Origin: an uncultured Alistipes sp. | Lineage (GTDB): Bacteria; Bacteroidota; Bacteroidia; Bacteroidales; Muribaculaceae | Direction of reading: 5' to 3' | DNA: 59,737 nucleotides | NCBI GenBank assembly: GCA_964514745.1 | Contig: CAZEST010000002.1 | Span: forward strand, 1 to 59,737 | Part shown: one piece after another, positions 1 through 11,106 of the stretch | Numbering within the stretch: position 1 is the stretch's first letter | Layout: every line of letters begins with the position of its first letter | Notes under the pieces: generated by a model | Seen by the model: the letters and a program-made list of their open reading frames with translations, nothing else | Databases searched by the model: none | What the model was told of the DNA's origin: nothing | Program-made: the position numbers and the translations under genes

Positions 1-1724
1 TGCTGATGCAGTTTCTCTGGCGCTACATTGATGACCTTGTAGGCAAAGGACTGACCATCGACGTAATAGGGGAGCTTTTCTTTTATGCTGCTTTGACAAT
101 GGTGCCGATGGCGTTGCCGCTGGCAATATTGTTGGCTTCGCTTATGATTTTCGGTAATCTCGGTGAGAAGTTTGAGCTTACGGCGATGAAAGCTTCCGGC
201 ATATCATTGATTAAGGTGATGAGCCCGTTGATCGTGCTGATATCGTTTGTGGCTGTTGGTGCGTTCTTCTTCCAGAATAATGTATTGCCGATAGCGCAGA
301 CGAAGATGTGGACGCTACTTTATTCTATGCGCCAGAAATCGCCCGAGCTGGAAATTCCGGAGGGAGTATTTTATTCCCAAATTCCGGGATACAACTTCTA
401 TGTAGAGCAGAAGAATCGCGAAAACGGTACGCTCTATAATTTGATGATTTACGATACATCGCGCGGTTTCGATAATGCCAGGGTAATTCTTGCCGACTCA
501 GGCCACCTGAAATCGGCCGATGATAAAGTCCACCTGTTCTTGCAGCTTTATAGTGGCGAACAATTCGAGAATTTGCGCGAGAATCAAGGCAGGATGAACA
601 AAGGTGCTCAACCTTATCGTCGAGAGCAATTTACTTTGAAGGAAATTCTGCTGGCATTTGATGCAAACTTTAATCGTATGGATGAATCCGGCATGCGTAA
701 TCAGTATGTTGGTAAGAATATGACCGAACTGCAGGCAACGATTGATTCCGTAGGCAAGCGCGTTGATTCGATCGGTGCGGTATATGCGCGTGAACTCCAG
801 CAGATGCCCCACGTTAGAATTTCGGATTACGTTGTAACCCGTCAGGGGGATAAGTCGGTACGCGAGCTTCAGAAGCCCGTAGCTATGAATCATCCGATCG
901 ACATTGACTCTGTTTTCTATAAAGAGAATCCCGGCAAGACGCGTTCCTATCTAACGATGGCCCTCAATAGGGCTACGGGAATTCGTCAGGATTACGAATT
1001 CAAGAGTATTGTTATGGAGGAGGACCGCCAGACGATTCGTCGCCATGGTATCGAAATGCATAAGAAGTTTACCTTATCGTTTGCGTGCTTGGTATTCTTC
1101 TTTATTGGAGCACCGTTGGGCGCCATCATTCGCAAGGGGGGTATCGGTACGCCGTTGGTAATCTCCGTATTCCTCTTTATCTTCTATTACATCATTGATA
1201 ATACCGGCTATAAGTTGGCGCGAGATGGCGGGCTGCCCGTATGGGAAGGTGTATGGCTCAGCTCGTTTGTGCTCTTGCCGTTAGGTGTGTTCCTTACCTA
1301 CAAGGCAATGCGCGATTCAGCCGTGCTGAATATTGATGCCTATAAGAATTTCTACCTGCGCTTGCGAGGCTTGCAAAAGCGCGAATTGGAAGTTAAGGAG
1401 TATGCTATGGTCGATGTAACCCCTGAAGATGCATTGGTGCGCTTAGAGCCTATGCTCCAATCAGCCAGGTCGTTGGGCGACAGCTATGCCAAACTGCCCT
1501 TCTGGAAGAAGATCGTTTATACGGTATTGCGTCATAAGGGATTCGATGCATTACAGAACGAAATGAACAATCTGATAGAGTTCCTGTCGAACTCTAAAAA
1601 CCATAAAGCCATTCGGCTGCTAAATTGTTATCCTTATAAAATCAGTCCGCGTAATCTCAGCCAAGTAATTGAGAATACGCAACAACTGGTTGACCTTTGC
1701 CATCAAATTCAACAAACACGATGA
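1..1724 (+). CDS. lptF: LptF/LptG family LPS export permease (5' end probably upstream of window)
   Basis: [47 protein letters not shown] and [21 protein letters not shown] motifs; the frame is open to the window edge before Met at 6. Confidence 0.85.
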   Translation, partial: LMQFLWRYIDDLVGKGLTIDVIGELFFYAALTMVPMALPLAILLASLMIFGNLGEKFELTAMKASGISLIKVMSPLIVLISFVAVGAFFFQNNVLPIAQTKMWTLLYSMRQKSPELEIPEGVFYSQIPGYNFYVEQKNRENGTLYNLMIYDTSRGFDNARVILADSGHLKSADDKVHLFLQLYSGEQFENLRENQGRMNKGAQPYRREQFTLKEILLAFDANFNRMDESGMRNQYVGKNMTELQATIDSVGKRVDSIGAVYARELQQMPHVRISDYVVTRQGDKSVRELQKPVAMNHPIDIDSVFYKENPGKTRSYLTMALNRATGIRQDYEFKSIVMEEDRQTIRRHGIEMHKKFTLSFACLVFFFIGAPLGAIIRKGGIGTPLVISVFLFIFYYIIDNTGYKLARDGGLPVWEGVWLSSFVLLPLGVFLTYKAMRDSAVLNIDAYKNFYLRLRGLQKRELEVKEYAMVDVTPEDALVRLEPMLQSARSLGDSYAKLPFWKKIVYTVLRHKGFDALQNEMNNLIEFLSNSKNHKAIRLLNCYPYKISPRNLSQVIENTQQLVDLCHQIQQTR

Positions 1725-2941
1725 ACACTGACAAAATTAAACTCGACTCTATTGAAGATGCCCTCGTGGATTTCAAAGAGGGTAAAATGATAGTCGTTGT
1801 CGATGACGAGGACCGTGAAAATGAGGGAGACCTTATTGTCGCTGCTGAGAAAATCACCCCCGAACAGGTGAATTTCATGCTTAAAAACGCACGAGGTGTG
1901 CTTTGCGCACCGATTACCATATCGCGTTGTAAGGAACTCGGTTTGGAGCCTCAGACCGCCGACAATACATCCGTATTGGGAACTCCGTTCACCATTACGG
2001 TAGACAAGCTCGAGGGTTGCTCAACGGGCGTGTCGATTCATGACCGTTGCGCTACGATTCGTGCGCTTGCCGATCCTAATTCAAAGCCGGAAACGTTCGG
2101 ACGTCCGGGACATATCAATCCTCTTTATGCTCAGGATGCCGGAGTATTGCGTCGGTGCGGCCATACCGAGGCCGCTGTTGACCTGGCTCGTCTGGCCGGG
2201 CTGCAACCTGCTGCCGCTTTGATGGAAATTATGAGCGATGACGGTTCGATGGCTCGCTTGCCGGAGCTGCGTAAGCGTGCTGATGAATGGGGCTTGAAGT
2301 TGATTTCTATTCGCGATTTGATTGCATATCGTCTGCGTCAGGAGTCGACCGTTGAGAAGGGCGAGGAAGTAAACCTGCCAACGGCCTTTGGCACATTTCA
2401 TCTGATACCGTTCCGCCAGAAGAGTAACGGCCTGGAGCACATTGCTATTATCAAGGGCGATGTTCGCACGGATGAGCCGGTGCTGGTTCGCGTTCATTCA
2501 TCGTGCGCAACCGGCGACATTTTCGGCTCTCTGCGTTGCGATTGTGGCGAACAGCTCCATCGCGCTATGCGCATGATTGATAAGGAGGGCCGCGGAGCGG
2601 TAATTTACCTTCTGCAGGAGGGCCGTGGTATCGGTTTGATGGATAAAATACGTGCCTACAAGCTTCAGGAGCAGGGGATGGATACAGTCGACGCCAACTT
2701 GCACCTTGGCCATAAGGCCGATGAGCGCGACTACGGCGTTGGTGCGCAAATCCTGCATGAATTAGGTATTAAGAAGATGCGCCTCATTACCAATAATCCT
2801 GTTAAGCGAATCGGTTTGGAGGGTTATGGCCTGGAGGTTGTAGAAAACGTACCTATCGAAATCGAGCCTACGGAGCACGACCGTTTCTATCTGTCAACAA
2901 AGAAACATCGCATGGACCATACGCTCCATAACGTAGACTAA
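1721..2941 (+). CDS. ribBA: Bifunctional DHBP synthase / GTP cyclohydrolase II
   Basis: [63 protein letters not shown] at 1721 overlaps the lptF stop (ATGA). Confidence 0.97.
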   Translation: MNTDKIKLDSIEDALVDFKEGKMIVVVDDEDRENEGDLIVAAEKITPEQVNFMLKNARGVLCAPITISRCKELGLEPQTADNTSVLGTPFTITVDKLEGCSTGVSIHDRCATIRALADPNSKPETFGRPGHINPLYAQDAGVLRRCGHTEAAVDLARLAGLQPAAALMEIMSDDGSMARLPELRKRADEWGLKLISIRDLIAYRLRQESTVEKGEEVNLPTAFGTFHLIPFRQKSNGLEHIAIIKGDVRTDEPVLVRVHSSCATGDIFGSLRCDCGEQLHRAMRMIDKEGRGAVIYLLQEGRGIGLMDKIRAYKLQEQGMDTVDANLHLGHKADERDYGVGAQILHELGIKKMRLITNNPVKRIGLEGYGLEVVENVPIEIEPTEHDRFYLSTKKHRMDHTLHNVD

Positions 2942-3008
2942 TTTTACACGATATTCCATTCGATAACGCCTTAGATAACGCGTTATTAAACAGTAAAATA
3001 ACTGATAT

Positions 3009-3050
3009 ATAGCAGACATTCCGGCTGTCCGGAATGTCTGCTATGTTTTT
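3009..3050 (+). terminator. Intrinsic terminator after ribBA
   Basis: Perfect 16-bp stem ATAGCAGACATTCCGG/CCGGAATGTCTGCTAT, 4-nt loop, then GTTTTT. Confidence 0.85.
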
Positions 3051-3103
3051 AGGGGAAATATCCTTGAGGGATTAAGATAAGCGGGGTGGTAGGTGAACTA
3101 ATT

Positions 3104-3111
3104 TAGTTTTG
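3104..3111 (+). promoter_or_regulatory. Bacteroidetes -7 promoter box for the frc operon
   Basis: TAGTTTTG fits TAnnTTTG, about 105 nt upstream of frc. Confidence 0.5.
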
Positions 3112-3216
3112 TAATGTTTTTAAGATATTATTCTAAGAACCAAAATTCAAGTTTCGTTTTTGTAGTTCAAAGATAATTCAAAAACGTTTAAACATTAACC
3201 AAAATTCAAAAAGGCT

Positions 3217-4530
3217 ATGAATACTGCCCCACTTCAAGGTATTAAGGTTGTTGATTTTACGGAGGTGCAATCCGGTCCGTCATGTACGCAGATGCTTGCG
3301 TGGCTCGGCGCTGAGGTTATCAAGATTGAGCGCCCCGGCGTTGGCGATGCAACCCGTAAGGAATTGCAGTTTGACCCCGAACTGCCCAGCTACTACTATC
3401 TGCAGCTCAATTCCGGAAAGAAATCGCTGACACTCAACGCAAAGACTGCAGATGGCAATAAAATCCTTACCAAGCTGATTCAGGATTGCGATATCTTCGT
3501 TGAGAACCTGCACCCGGGCGCAATGGACAAACTCGGTTTTAGCTGGGAAGTTGTCCATAAGCTCAATCCGCGTTGCATCTATGGCACAATTAAGGGCTTC
3601 CCGGAATCGTCGAAATACAAGGATCTGAAAGCCTACGAACCTATCGCGCAGGTAACTGCGGTAGCTGCTGCAACTACCGGCTGGTATGACGGCGAGCAGA
3701 ACATCCCTACTCAGAGCGGCGCTGCATTGGGCGATAGCAATACAGGTATGCACCTTACAATCGGCTTGCTTGCAGCCCTGGCTCAGCGCGAGCGTACGGG
3801 GATTGGTTGCTATGTATATCAATCCATGCACAACGCTTGCTTAAACCTCTGCCGCATCAAGACGCGCGACCAGCTTACGCTCGACAAGATTGGTTACATA
3901 TCGCAGTCTCCGCAATATCCCAACGGAAAGTTTGGCGACTGCGTTCCGCGTAGCGGCAATACCGAGGGCGGGGGCGTTCTGGGCTGGACCTACAAGTGTA
4001 AACCTGCCGGAGGCTACGATTCCGAAGTCGATGCTAACAACTACGTTTACATCATCCTCCAGCGTGGCGTAAAAGATTTTGAATTGGCCTGTCAGGGAAT
4101 GGGCTTTGAGGATTGGCTTACCAATCCCGACTTCAATACGGCCGATGCCCGTGACCGCCACAAAGAGGAAATCTACCGTCGCATTGGTGCTTGGACAGCC
4201 GATAAAACCAAGTATGAAGTAACCGACATCCTCTCAAAGGTAGGCGTACCGGTAGGGCCGGTGATTTCTACCAAGGAGTTGCTGACCGATGAATCTCTTT
4301 ACGACGGAAATACCCTGGTAAAAATTGACCAAGGAGGCCGTATCGGAGAGTTCGTGACTGTAGGTTGTCCGTTTACAATGTCAACCTATCAGCCTACCTA
4401 CGCTCCGTGTCCGGAACTTGGCGGCGACACCGATGATGTCCTGAAGTCATTGGGTTATACCGATGATGAAATTGCCGCCTTTGCCAAGAACGGCACTACC
4501 GAGCCGATTCCGCCAACTCCAATGTCCTAA
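3217..4530 (+). CDS. frc: Formyl-CoA:oxalate CoA-transferase (CoA-transferase family III)
   Basis: VVDFTEVQSGPSCTQMLAWLGAEVIKIE, catalytic Asp motif ALGDSNTGMH, glycine loop GNTEGGGVLGW; adjacent to oxc. Confidence 0.93.
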   Translation: MNTAPLQGIKVVDFTEVQSGPSCTQMLAWLGAEVIKIERPGVGDATRKELQFDPELPSYYYLQLNSGKKSLTLNAKTADGNKILTKLIQDCDIFVENLHPGAMDKLGFSWEVVHKLNPRCIYGTIKGFPESSKYKDLKAYEPIAQVTAVAAATTGWYDGEQNIPTQSGAALGDSNTGMHLTIGLLAALAQRERTGIGCYVYQSMHNACLNLCRIKTRDQLTLDKIGYISQSPQYPNGKFGDCVPRSGNTEGGGVLGWTYKCKPAGGYDSEVDANNYVYIILQRGVKDFELACQGMGFEDWLTNPDFNTADARDRHKEEIYRRIGAWTADKTKYEVTDILSKVGVPVGPVISTKELLTDESLYDGNTLVKIDQGGRIGEFVTVGCPFTMSTYQPTYAPCPELGGDTDDVLKSLGYTDDEIAAFAKNGTTEPIPPTPMS

Positions 4531-4546
4531 TGAAAAACTTACCGTT

Positions 4547-6313
4547 ATGTCTGATACTGTTTCAAAAACTACCATGTCAACCACTGCACCGAAGGTTAAC
4601 GGTGCGGATGTAGCTCCGAAATTCCCGGCACAGGTTACCGGTATGTATATTCTAGCACGCTCATTGAAAAACATCGGAATCTCTACGATGTATGGGCTGG
4701 TTGGGATACCGGTAACCGAGGTGGCCTACATCGCTCAGGGCGAGGGCCTGCGTTTTATCGGTTTCCGTCATGAACAGCAGGCGGGAATGGCAGCGCAAAC
4801 CGAGGGCTATCTTACCGGCAAACCTGGCGTATTGCTGACGGTTTCCTCTTTGGGATTCCTCAATGGGCTGACAGCTACGGCCAATGCTACGGTCAACTGT
4901 TATCCTATGATTCAGATTTCCGGTTCATCTGAACGCGAACCGATCGACCTGCAACAGGGCAATTATGAGGCGCTCGACCAACTCAGTATAGCCAAACCAT
5001 TGGTAAAAGCGGCCTTTAGGGTTAATCGTGCCGAAGATATTCCCTTGGGAGTAGTACGCGCTTATCGAGCAGCAATCTCCGGTCGCCCCGGAGGTGTCTA
5101 CCTCGATATAACTACCCCGGCCCTCGGACAGGTGATGAATCGCGAAGATGCAGAAGCCTTGTTGCAGCAACCCGTTGATTTAAATCCGGCGATGTTGCCA
5201 TCGGTTGCTTCGGTTGAGCGAGCCGTAAGCCTTCTGTCAACGGCCAAACGTCCGGCTATTCTTATCGGTAAGGGTGCAGCCTATGCTCGTGTTGAAAATG
5301 AGTTGAAGACTCTTATCGAGTCTGCCGGAATTCCCTTCTATCCAATGTCGATGGCAAAAGGTGTAATGCCGGATAACCATCCGCTAAGTGCCCTCGCTTG
5401 TCGTTCGCAGATTATGGCTGAAGCCGATGTTGTTATGCTGGTCGGTGCCCGACTTAACTGGTTGTTGAGTCGCGGAGGAGGAAAGTGGAACCAACAAGGC
5501 CGATTTATTCAGCTCGATATCGAGCCTCAAGAGATTGACTGCAACCGCCATATTGATGCACCGGTAATCGGCGATTTACGTAGTTCGCTGACCGCAATCA
5601 TTGAGAAACTCAAGGGCGTAGAGCTCGCAATGGACCCAACGTGGGTGGCCGGCTTGCAAGCCATGACAAAGGTGAAGAGCAGTAAGTTTGCCCAGAAACT
5701 AAATGTTACTACCGTGCCGATGACGCATTGGAGTGCCCTCGCTGTAGCAAAGCCGATAATTGAGGCTAATCCGGATGTTATTTTGGTCAACGAAGGCGCG
5801 AATACGTTGGACGATACTCGCGATGCCATCAACATGAGCCTGCCTCGCCATCGCATAGATTGTGCAACATGGGCCATCATGGGAATGGGCATGGGTTCGG
5901 CCATCGGAGCAGCCGTTGCTACCGGCAAGTCGGTAGTTGCCATCGAAGGAGATTCAGCCTTTGGCTTCTCAGGTATGGACTTCTCAACCATCTGCCGCTA
6001 CAAGTTGCCTGTTACGGTCTGCATATTCAATAACGGCGGTATCTATAACGGTATAGGAAAACCGCTGGTTGACACCTCCGATCCGGCTCCAACCACTCTC
6101 GATGTTGATGCACGTTACGATATGATGGGTGCAGCCTTCGGAGCGAAAAGTTACTACGCAACAACTCCGCAGCAGTTTGCGGATGCTCTCAAGGAAGCCA
6201 TCGAATCTAAGGCTCCGGCCTTGATCGATGTTCAACTTGCAGCCGATGCCGGCCAGGAGAGTGGACATATCGGTTACCTAAATCCTGCGCCTCTGATTAA
6301 CATTACTGTATGA
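4547..6313 (+). CDS. oxc: Oxalyl-CoA decarboxylase (ThDP-dependent)
   Basis: YGLVGIPVT, FRHEQQAG, GFLNGLTATANATVNCYPMIQISGSSER, ThDP motif EGDSAFGFSGM...NNGGIY, C-terminal ESGHIGYLNP; ATG 4547 preferred to the ORF-track start that overlaps frc. Confidence 0.95.
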   Translation: MSDTVSKTTMSTTAPKVNGADVAPKFPAQVTGMYILARSLKNIGISTMYGLVGIPVTEVAYIAQGEGLRFIGFRHEQQAGMAAQTEGYLTGKPGVLLTVSSLGFLNGLTATANATVNCYPMIQISGSSEREPIDLQQGNYEALDQLSIAKPLVKAAFRVNRAEDIPLGVVRAYRAAISGRPGGVYLDITTPALGQVMNREDAEALLQQPVDLNPAMLPSVASVERAVSLLSTAKRPAILIGKGAAYARVENELKTLIESAGIPFYPMSMAKGVMPDNHPLSALACRSQIMAEADVVMLVGARLNWLLSRGGGKWNQQGRFIQLDIEPQEIDCNRHIDAPVIGDLRSSLTAIIEKLKGVELAMDPTWVAGLQAMTKVKSSKFAQKLNVTTVPMTHWSALAVAKPIIEANPDVILVNEGANTLDDTRDAINMSLPRHRIDCATWAIMGMGMGSAIGAAVATGKSVVAIEGDSAFGFSGMDFSTICRYKLPVTVCIFNNGGIYNGIGKPLVDTSDPAPTTLDVDARYDMMGAAFGAKSYYATTPQQFADALKEAIESKAPALIDVQLAADAGQESGHIGYLNPAPLINITV

Positions 6314-6353
6314 GATAATAACTGACAGCTTAACACAAATCCCCTCAATTACC

Positions 6354-7328
6354 ATGCTCCATATAATAGTCTACGCGATAGTCCCTATTATCGTCGTAAT
6401 GCTTGCCGGATACATTTCCGGTAAAAAGGGAATATTTAATGGAGAGAATGCAAAAGCTTTCAACAAGGTCGTATTAGATTATGCCTTGCCTGCAGCGTTA
6501 TTCGTCTCCATAGTCGATGCTTCGCGCGAAATGCTGATTCAGGATATCAAGCTGACGCTGATTTCGCTGATAGTGATGATGTTCTGTTTCATGCTGGTCT
6601 ACTACGTTTACAAATGGTGTTTCAAGCAGAACACCGGTGCGGACGCTGCAATCATGGCGTTAATCAGTGGGTCATCAACCATTGGGTTCTTGGGATTCGC
6701 TGTTTTGGAGCCTATCTTTGGTACTACGCCTTACGTGGCCTTGGTTGTAGCTATTGTTGGTATTGTGGTGAATGCCGTTGGTATTCCGGTTGGGCTTTCT
6801 CTGTTGAATGCCTCCTTGGAGAAGACGAATCCGGTGCCTGCCGGAAAGAAGCGCCCCTCAGCCTGGCAACCGGTAATTCATGCTTTGATGCAACCGGTTG
6901 CTTGGGCTCCCATCCTGGCTGTGATTTGGGTAATCCTTGGAATACCCTGGCCGAAATGGGCTTCCCCCTCGTTTGTTCTGATTAAGGGTGCTAACGCTTC
7001 GTTAGCCGTGTTCGCTGCCGGCGTTGCCTTGTCAGCCGTCAAGGTAACAATCAACTGGCAAGCAGTTCTCGGAGCAATCATGAAGTTGGTTGTTATGCCC
7101 GGACTATTGCTGATTGTCGGCCTCATTTTTAAGATGGATCCGATGAACCTGAAGATGCTGGTTGTTGCCGGCGCCCTGCCTCCGGCCTTCTCCGGGGTAA
7201 TAATTGCAGACGAATATGATACGTATGTAGCCACCGGTACATCTTCTTTGGCTCTGTCGGTAATTCTCTTTATAGTATTTTGTCCGTTCTGGATATGGTT
7301 CACTGATTTGTGTATAAAACTTTATTAA
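6354..7328 (+). CDS. AEC (auxin efflux carrier) family transporter, YfdV-like; probable oxalate/formate transporter
   Basis: About 10 hydrophobic helices, FNKVVLDYALPAALFVSI and ALPPAFSGVII motifs; same position as yfdV in the E. coli frc-oxc-yfdV operon. Confidence 0.85.
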   Translation: MLHIIVYAIVPIIVVMLAGYISGKKGIFNGENAKAFNKVVLDYALPAALFVSIVDASREMLIQDIKLTLISLIVMMFCFMLVYYVYKWCFKQNTGADAAIMALISGSSTIGFLGFAVLEPIFGTTPYVALVVAIVGIVVNAVGIPVGLSLLNASLEKTNPVPAGKKRPSAWQPVIHALMQPVAWAPILAVIWVILGIPWPKWASPSFVLIKGANASLAVFAAGVALSAVKVTINWQAVLGAIMKLVVMPGLLLIVGLIFKMDPMNLKMLVVAGALPPAFSGVIIADEYDTYVATGTSSLALSVILFIVFCPFWIWFTDLCIKLY

Positions 7329-7349
7329 CCCTTAAACAACTATTTAGAT

Positions 7350-8408
7350 ATGAAAAAGCTGATTCTACTGATTTCGCTCATGCTGGGATGTATGAGTGTT
7401 TACGCTCAACGTTTAGCCAAGGCCGAGTTGCAGCAACTTCAGAATTTCTTATCGCAGCCGGGCGAAAAGGATGCAACTAATGCATTGGCTCTGCAAATTA
7501 CGGATTTGAATTCTCCGACGACATGGAACGGAGTGGTTATTGATAACGGCCATGTAGTTTCCATTGAATGGAAAGATAAGCATCTGGCAGGTACTCTCGA
7601 CCTCTCAAACTTTTCGATGCTTACGAAGCTCGACGTATCGCGCAACAAATTGACGGCTTTATCTGTTGCTAACGATGCCAATCTCTCAAACCTCAATGCC
7701 TCGCGTAATCAGATTCGCGAAGTGGATCTTAGCGGTTGCAAGTCGTTGATGACGCTGAATATCTATAAGAATCGTCTGACTGACTTCGACTTGGCGAATA
7801 CCCCCCTGATTCAGACCGTGAATATCTCTAATAACCTGCTTGTTGACCTAGACGTTTCCAGTTCGTCTACCCTCAAGACTTTGAATTGCCAGGGGAATCG
7901 CTTGGAAAACTTGCAGGTTACCAACTGTACGAATCTTAAGAATCTTTATTGCGGCTACAATAAGCTTTCGAGCCTGGTGCTCGCCGGTCTGACCAATCTC
8001 CAGAATCTCAATGTAGATGACAACGAGATGCAGAAGTTGGTTGTCTCCAACTTGCCGTCGCTCAGCTCATTTCTTTGCTCCGATAATAATATGAAGCAAC
8101 TTGCAATCGACAACTGTCCGCGTCTGCTCGACCTTGTTTGTTCGTATAACGATTTGACCGATCTTACGGTTAGTAAATGTCCGAATCTGCTTTATGTAGA
8201 TTGCTCGTATAACGATTTAACTTCGTTATTCCTGTCGAATCAGACTTTCCTCCAGCGTTTGATTTGCAATAACAACCAACTCTCAGTCCTCGACGTATCG
8301 TTCGACCAGGCTCTGACTTATATCAACTGTCGTTACAATATGATTGTTGACCTTCGTACTATCGGTTGCACCAACCTCGGTATGATTGCTTGCCAGTGGA
8401 ACTATTGA
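7350..8408 (+). CDS. Secreted leucine-rich repeat protein
   Basis: Signal peptide MKKLILLISLMLGCMSVYA; about 12 repeats of ~21 aa, LxxLxCxxNxLxxLDVS. Confidence 0.9.
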   Translation: MKKLILLISLMLGCMSVYAQRLAKAELQQLQNFLSQPGEKDATNALALQITDLNSPTTWNGVVIDNGHVVSIEWKDKHLAGTLDLSNFSMLTKLDVSRNKLTALSVANDANLSNLNASRNQIREVDLSGCKSLMTLNIYKNRLTDFDLANTPLIQTVNISNNLLVDLDVSSSSTLKTLNCQGNRLENLQVTNCTNLKNLYCGYNKLSSLVLAGLTNLQNLNVDDNEMQKLVVSNLPSLSSFLCSDNNMKQLAIDNCPRLLDLVCSYNDLTDLTVSKCPNLLYVDCSYNDLTSLFLSNQTFLQRLICNNNQLSVLDVSFDQALTYINCRYNMIVDLRTIGCTNLGMIACQWNY

Positions 8409-8489
8409 TACAAAGAATAAAGGCTGTGCACCCAGACATTGAGATATGATGTTGCAGCCTCCCCCCAAAATAGATTTGTAATAGATGCG

Positions 8490-8536
8490 TTGCCCCCACA
8501 TTAGCCATTGTAACTCATTGGCTTCTGTGGGGGCAA
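8490..8536. terminator. Hairpin between the convergent LRR gene and lepA (probable terminator)
   Basis: TTGCCCCCACA/TGTGGGGGCAA arms plus an inner AGCCA/TGGCT pair. Confidence 0.6.
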
Positions 8537-8580
8537 TTATATTGTGTGGTATGGTGGAGAAGATTCTTCGCTGTAATTCG

Positions 8581-8610
8581 CTCTCCCTCTCTCCCTCTCT
8601 CCCTCTCTCC
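8581..8610. repeat. 8-bp tandem repeat (CTCTCCCT)x3.75
   Basis: Read directly; it lies just after the lepA stop. Confidence 0.85.
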
Positions 8611-8613
8611 TGA

Positions 8614-10398
8614 TTAGTCGAGTTTTAGAACTGCGAGGAAGGCCTTCTGCGGAACTTGTACGGAGCCGATTTGCTTCATACGTTTCTTACCGGCTTTCTG
8701 CTTTTCGAGAAGTTTTCGTTTACGCGATACGTCGCCACCGTAGCACTTTGCCGTTACGTCCTTGCGGACAGCCTTAATAGTTTCGCGGGCGATAATCTTT
8801 GCTCCGATAGCGGCCTGAATTGCGATGTCGAACTGGTGACGCGGAATCAGCTCCTTCAGTTTCTCACACATTCGGCGCCCGAATTGTACGGCATTGTCGG
8901 CATGGGTAAGGGTTGACAGGGCATCGACCGGTTCGCCGTTGAGCAGTACGTCGAGCTTTACCAATCGCGACGGACGGAAGTCGTGGAGATGATAGTCGAA
9001 TGAAGCGTATCCCTTGGAGATTGATTTCAGCTTATCGTAGAAATCGATAACGATTTCGCCCAATGGAATATCGAAAATCAGCTCAACGCGGTTGCCGGAG
9101 ATAAACTCTTGCTTAACCAATTCGCCACGTTTGCCCAGACAGAGCGTCATAATCGGTCCGATAAAGTCGGCGGTAGTGATTATAGACGAGCGAATATATG
9201 GCTCTTCGATATGGTCGATGAGGGTAAGGTCGGGCAGGCCGGAGGGGTTGTGGACTTCGGTCTTGTTGCCTTTTTTGTCAAAGACGTTATAGGAAACGTT
9301 GGGCACGGTGGTAATCACCTCCATATTGAATTCTCGGCTGAGGCGTTCCTGGATAATTTCCATGTGGAGCAAGCCGAGGAAGCCGCAACGGAAACCGAAG
9401 CCAAGGGCCATAGATGATTCGGGCTGGAAGGTTAGCGAGGCATCGTTGAGCTGCAACTTTTCCAGCGAACTACGCAGGTTTTCGAAATCTTCAGCTTCGA
9501 TAGGGTAGACGCCGGCGAATACCATAGGCTTCACCTCTTGGAAACCGTCGATGGCCGGAGCCGGGCGGTTGACGTGGGTAATAGTATCGCCTACCTTAAC
9601 TTCCTTCGAGGTTTTGATACCGGAAATGATATATCCTACGTTGCCGGCCGATAGCTCCTGACGGGGCGAAAGGTCCATTTTCAGCACACCGATTTCATCG
9701 GCGTTATATTCCTTTTCGGTAGCAACGAATTTAACGAAGTCGTCTTTGCGAATCGTGCCATTCTCGATTTTGAAGTAGGCAATAATACCGCGGAAGGGGT
9801 TGAATACGGAGTCGAAAATCAGGGCTTGCAGGGGTGCGTCAGGGTCACCCTTCGGAGCCGGTACACGCTCAACGATAGCATGGAGAATTTCTTCTACGCC
9901 GATGCCTGTCTTGCCGCTGGCGCGAATAATCTCTTCGCGTTTGCAGCCTAATAGGTCAACAATCTGGTCCTCAACCTCATCGGGATTTGCGCTTTCCAAG
10001 TCAACTTTATTGATTACCGGGATAATCTCCAGGTCGGAATCAATAGCCATATAGAGGTTGGAAATAGTCTGTGCTTGAATACCTTGGGTTGCGTCGACAA
10101 TCAGCAACGCACCTTCGCATGCGGCGATAGAGCGCGATACCTCGTAAGAGAAGTCAACGTGGCCCGGAGTGTCAATCAGGTTCAGTACATAATCTTGTCC
10201 ATCCAGGCGATAATTCATCTGGATAGCGTGGCTTTTAATAGTAATACCGCGCTCGCGTTCCAAGTCCATATCGTCGAGTACCTGAGCTTGCAGGTCCTTA
10301 GAGTCGATAGTCTTTGTGAATTCAAGCAGACGGTCGGCAAGCGTACTTTTGCCGTGATCGATGTGGGCTATAATACAGAAGTTGCGGATATTTTTCAT
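8614..10398 (-). CDS. lepA: Elongation factor 4 (LepA)
   Basis: [60 protein letters not shown]. Confidence 0.99.
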   Translation of the reverse strand: MKNIRNFCIIAHIDHGKSTLADRLLEFTKTIDSKDLQAQVLDDMDLERERGITIKSHAIQMNYRLDGQDYVLNLIDTPGHVDFSYEVSRSIAACEGALLIVDATQGIQAQTISNLYMAIDSDLEIIPVINKVDLESANPDEVEDQIVDLLGCKREEIIRASGKTGIGVEEILHAIVERVPAPKGDPDAPLQALIFDSVFNPFRGIIAYFKIENGTIRKDDFVKFVATEKEYNADEIGVLKMDLSPRQELSAGNVGYIISGIKTSKEVKVGDTITHVNRPAPAIDGFQEVKPMVFAGVYPIEAEDFENLRSSLEKLQLNDASLTFQPESSMALGFGFRCGFLGLLHMEIIQERLSREFNMEVITTVPNVSYNVFDKKGNKTEVHNPSGLPDLTLIDHIEEPYIRSSIITTADFIGPIMTLCLGKRGELVKQEFISGNRVELIFDIPLGEIVIDFYDKLKSISKGYASFDYHLHDFRPSRLVKLDVLLNGEPVDALSTLTHADNAVQFGRRMCEKLKELIPRHQFDIAIQAAIGAKIIARETIKAVRKDVTAKCYGGDVSRKRKLLEKQKAGKKRMKQIGSVQVPQKAFLAVLKLD

Positions 10399-10523
10399 TT
10401 CTTCAAATAATCTACAAATTTAGCAATTTTTCAGCTTGCATCTCTGTGTTTACCTCGTTCTTTAACAAAATTTATTTAGAAAGAGGGGGCGAAGCGAGCA
10501 GGCTGCTTTTGCCGGCCGAGGTG

Positions 10524-10997
10524 TTAGTCGTGGTGATACGGCTCGTTGCGTTGAATAGTGTAGGCGCGGTAGAGTTGTTCGGTGAAGAACAAGCGGACCA
10601 TTTCGTGGGGGAAGGTCATCTTGGATAACGACATCTTCTCGTTAGCGCGAGCATATACCGCCGGGGAGAATCCGTAGGGGCCACCTACAATGAAATACAG
10701 TTGCTTGGCAACGGTCTGCGCCTTGCGTTCCAGTGTTAGTGAAAATTCGCGTGAAGTCATTTCTTTGCCTCGTTCGTCGAGCAATACAATGTAATCAGCC
10801 GGCTGGATACGGCTGAGCATCATCTCTCCTTCAGTTTCCTTTTGCTTCTCTTCGGTTAGTTTCTTTGTAGTTTTTACGTCGGGGAGTTCGACAATGTCGA
10901 AAGGTATGTAGCGATTAATACGTTTGGCGTATTCTTCAATTCCGGCGCGAAGGTTGGCTGAAGTTGTGCGCCCAACAACCATAAGGGTTATTTTCAT
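10524..10997 (-). CDS. rlmH: 23S rRNA pseudouridine-1915 methyltransferase
   Basis: LDERGK, FIVGGPYG, LSKMTFPHEMVRL..EQLYRA..I..NEPYHH. Confidence 0.97.
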   Translation of the reverse strand: MKITLMVVGRTTSANLRAGIEEYAKRINRYIPFDIVELPDVKTTKKLTEEKQKETEGEMMLSRIQPADYIVLLDERGKEMTSREFSLTLERKAQTVAKQLYFIVGGPYGFSPAVYARANEKMSLSKMTFPHEMVRLFFTEQLYRAYTIQRNEPYHHD

Positions 10998-11106
10998 GAC
11001 TGTAACTTGTAATATGCAAATTTGGGAAGCTGTTTGGAGGCTTTCAATTTGTAAAGTTACGGGTTAATTCGTAATTTTGTGCAATAAATTGATAAAAATT
11101 ACACTG

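Noticed and set aside
4463..4546. N-terminal extension of oxc in the ORF track
   Set aside because: Overlaps the frc 3' end; ATG 4547 follows an A-rich initiation region and fits better
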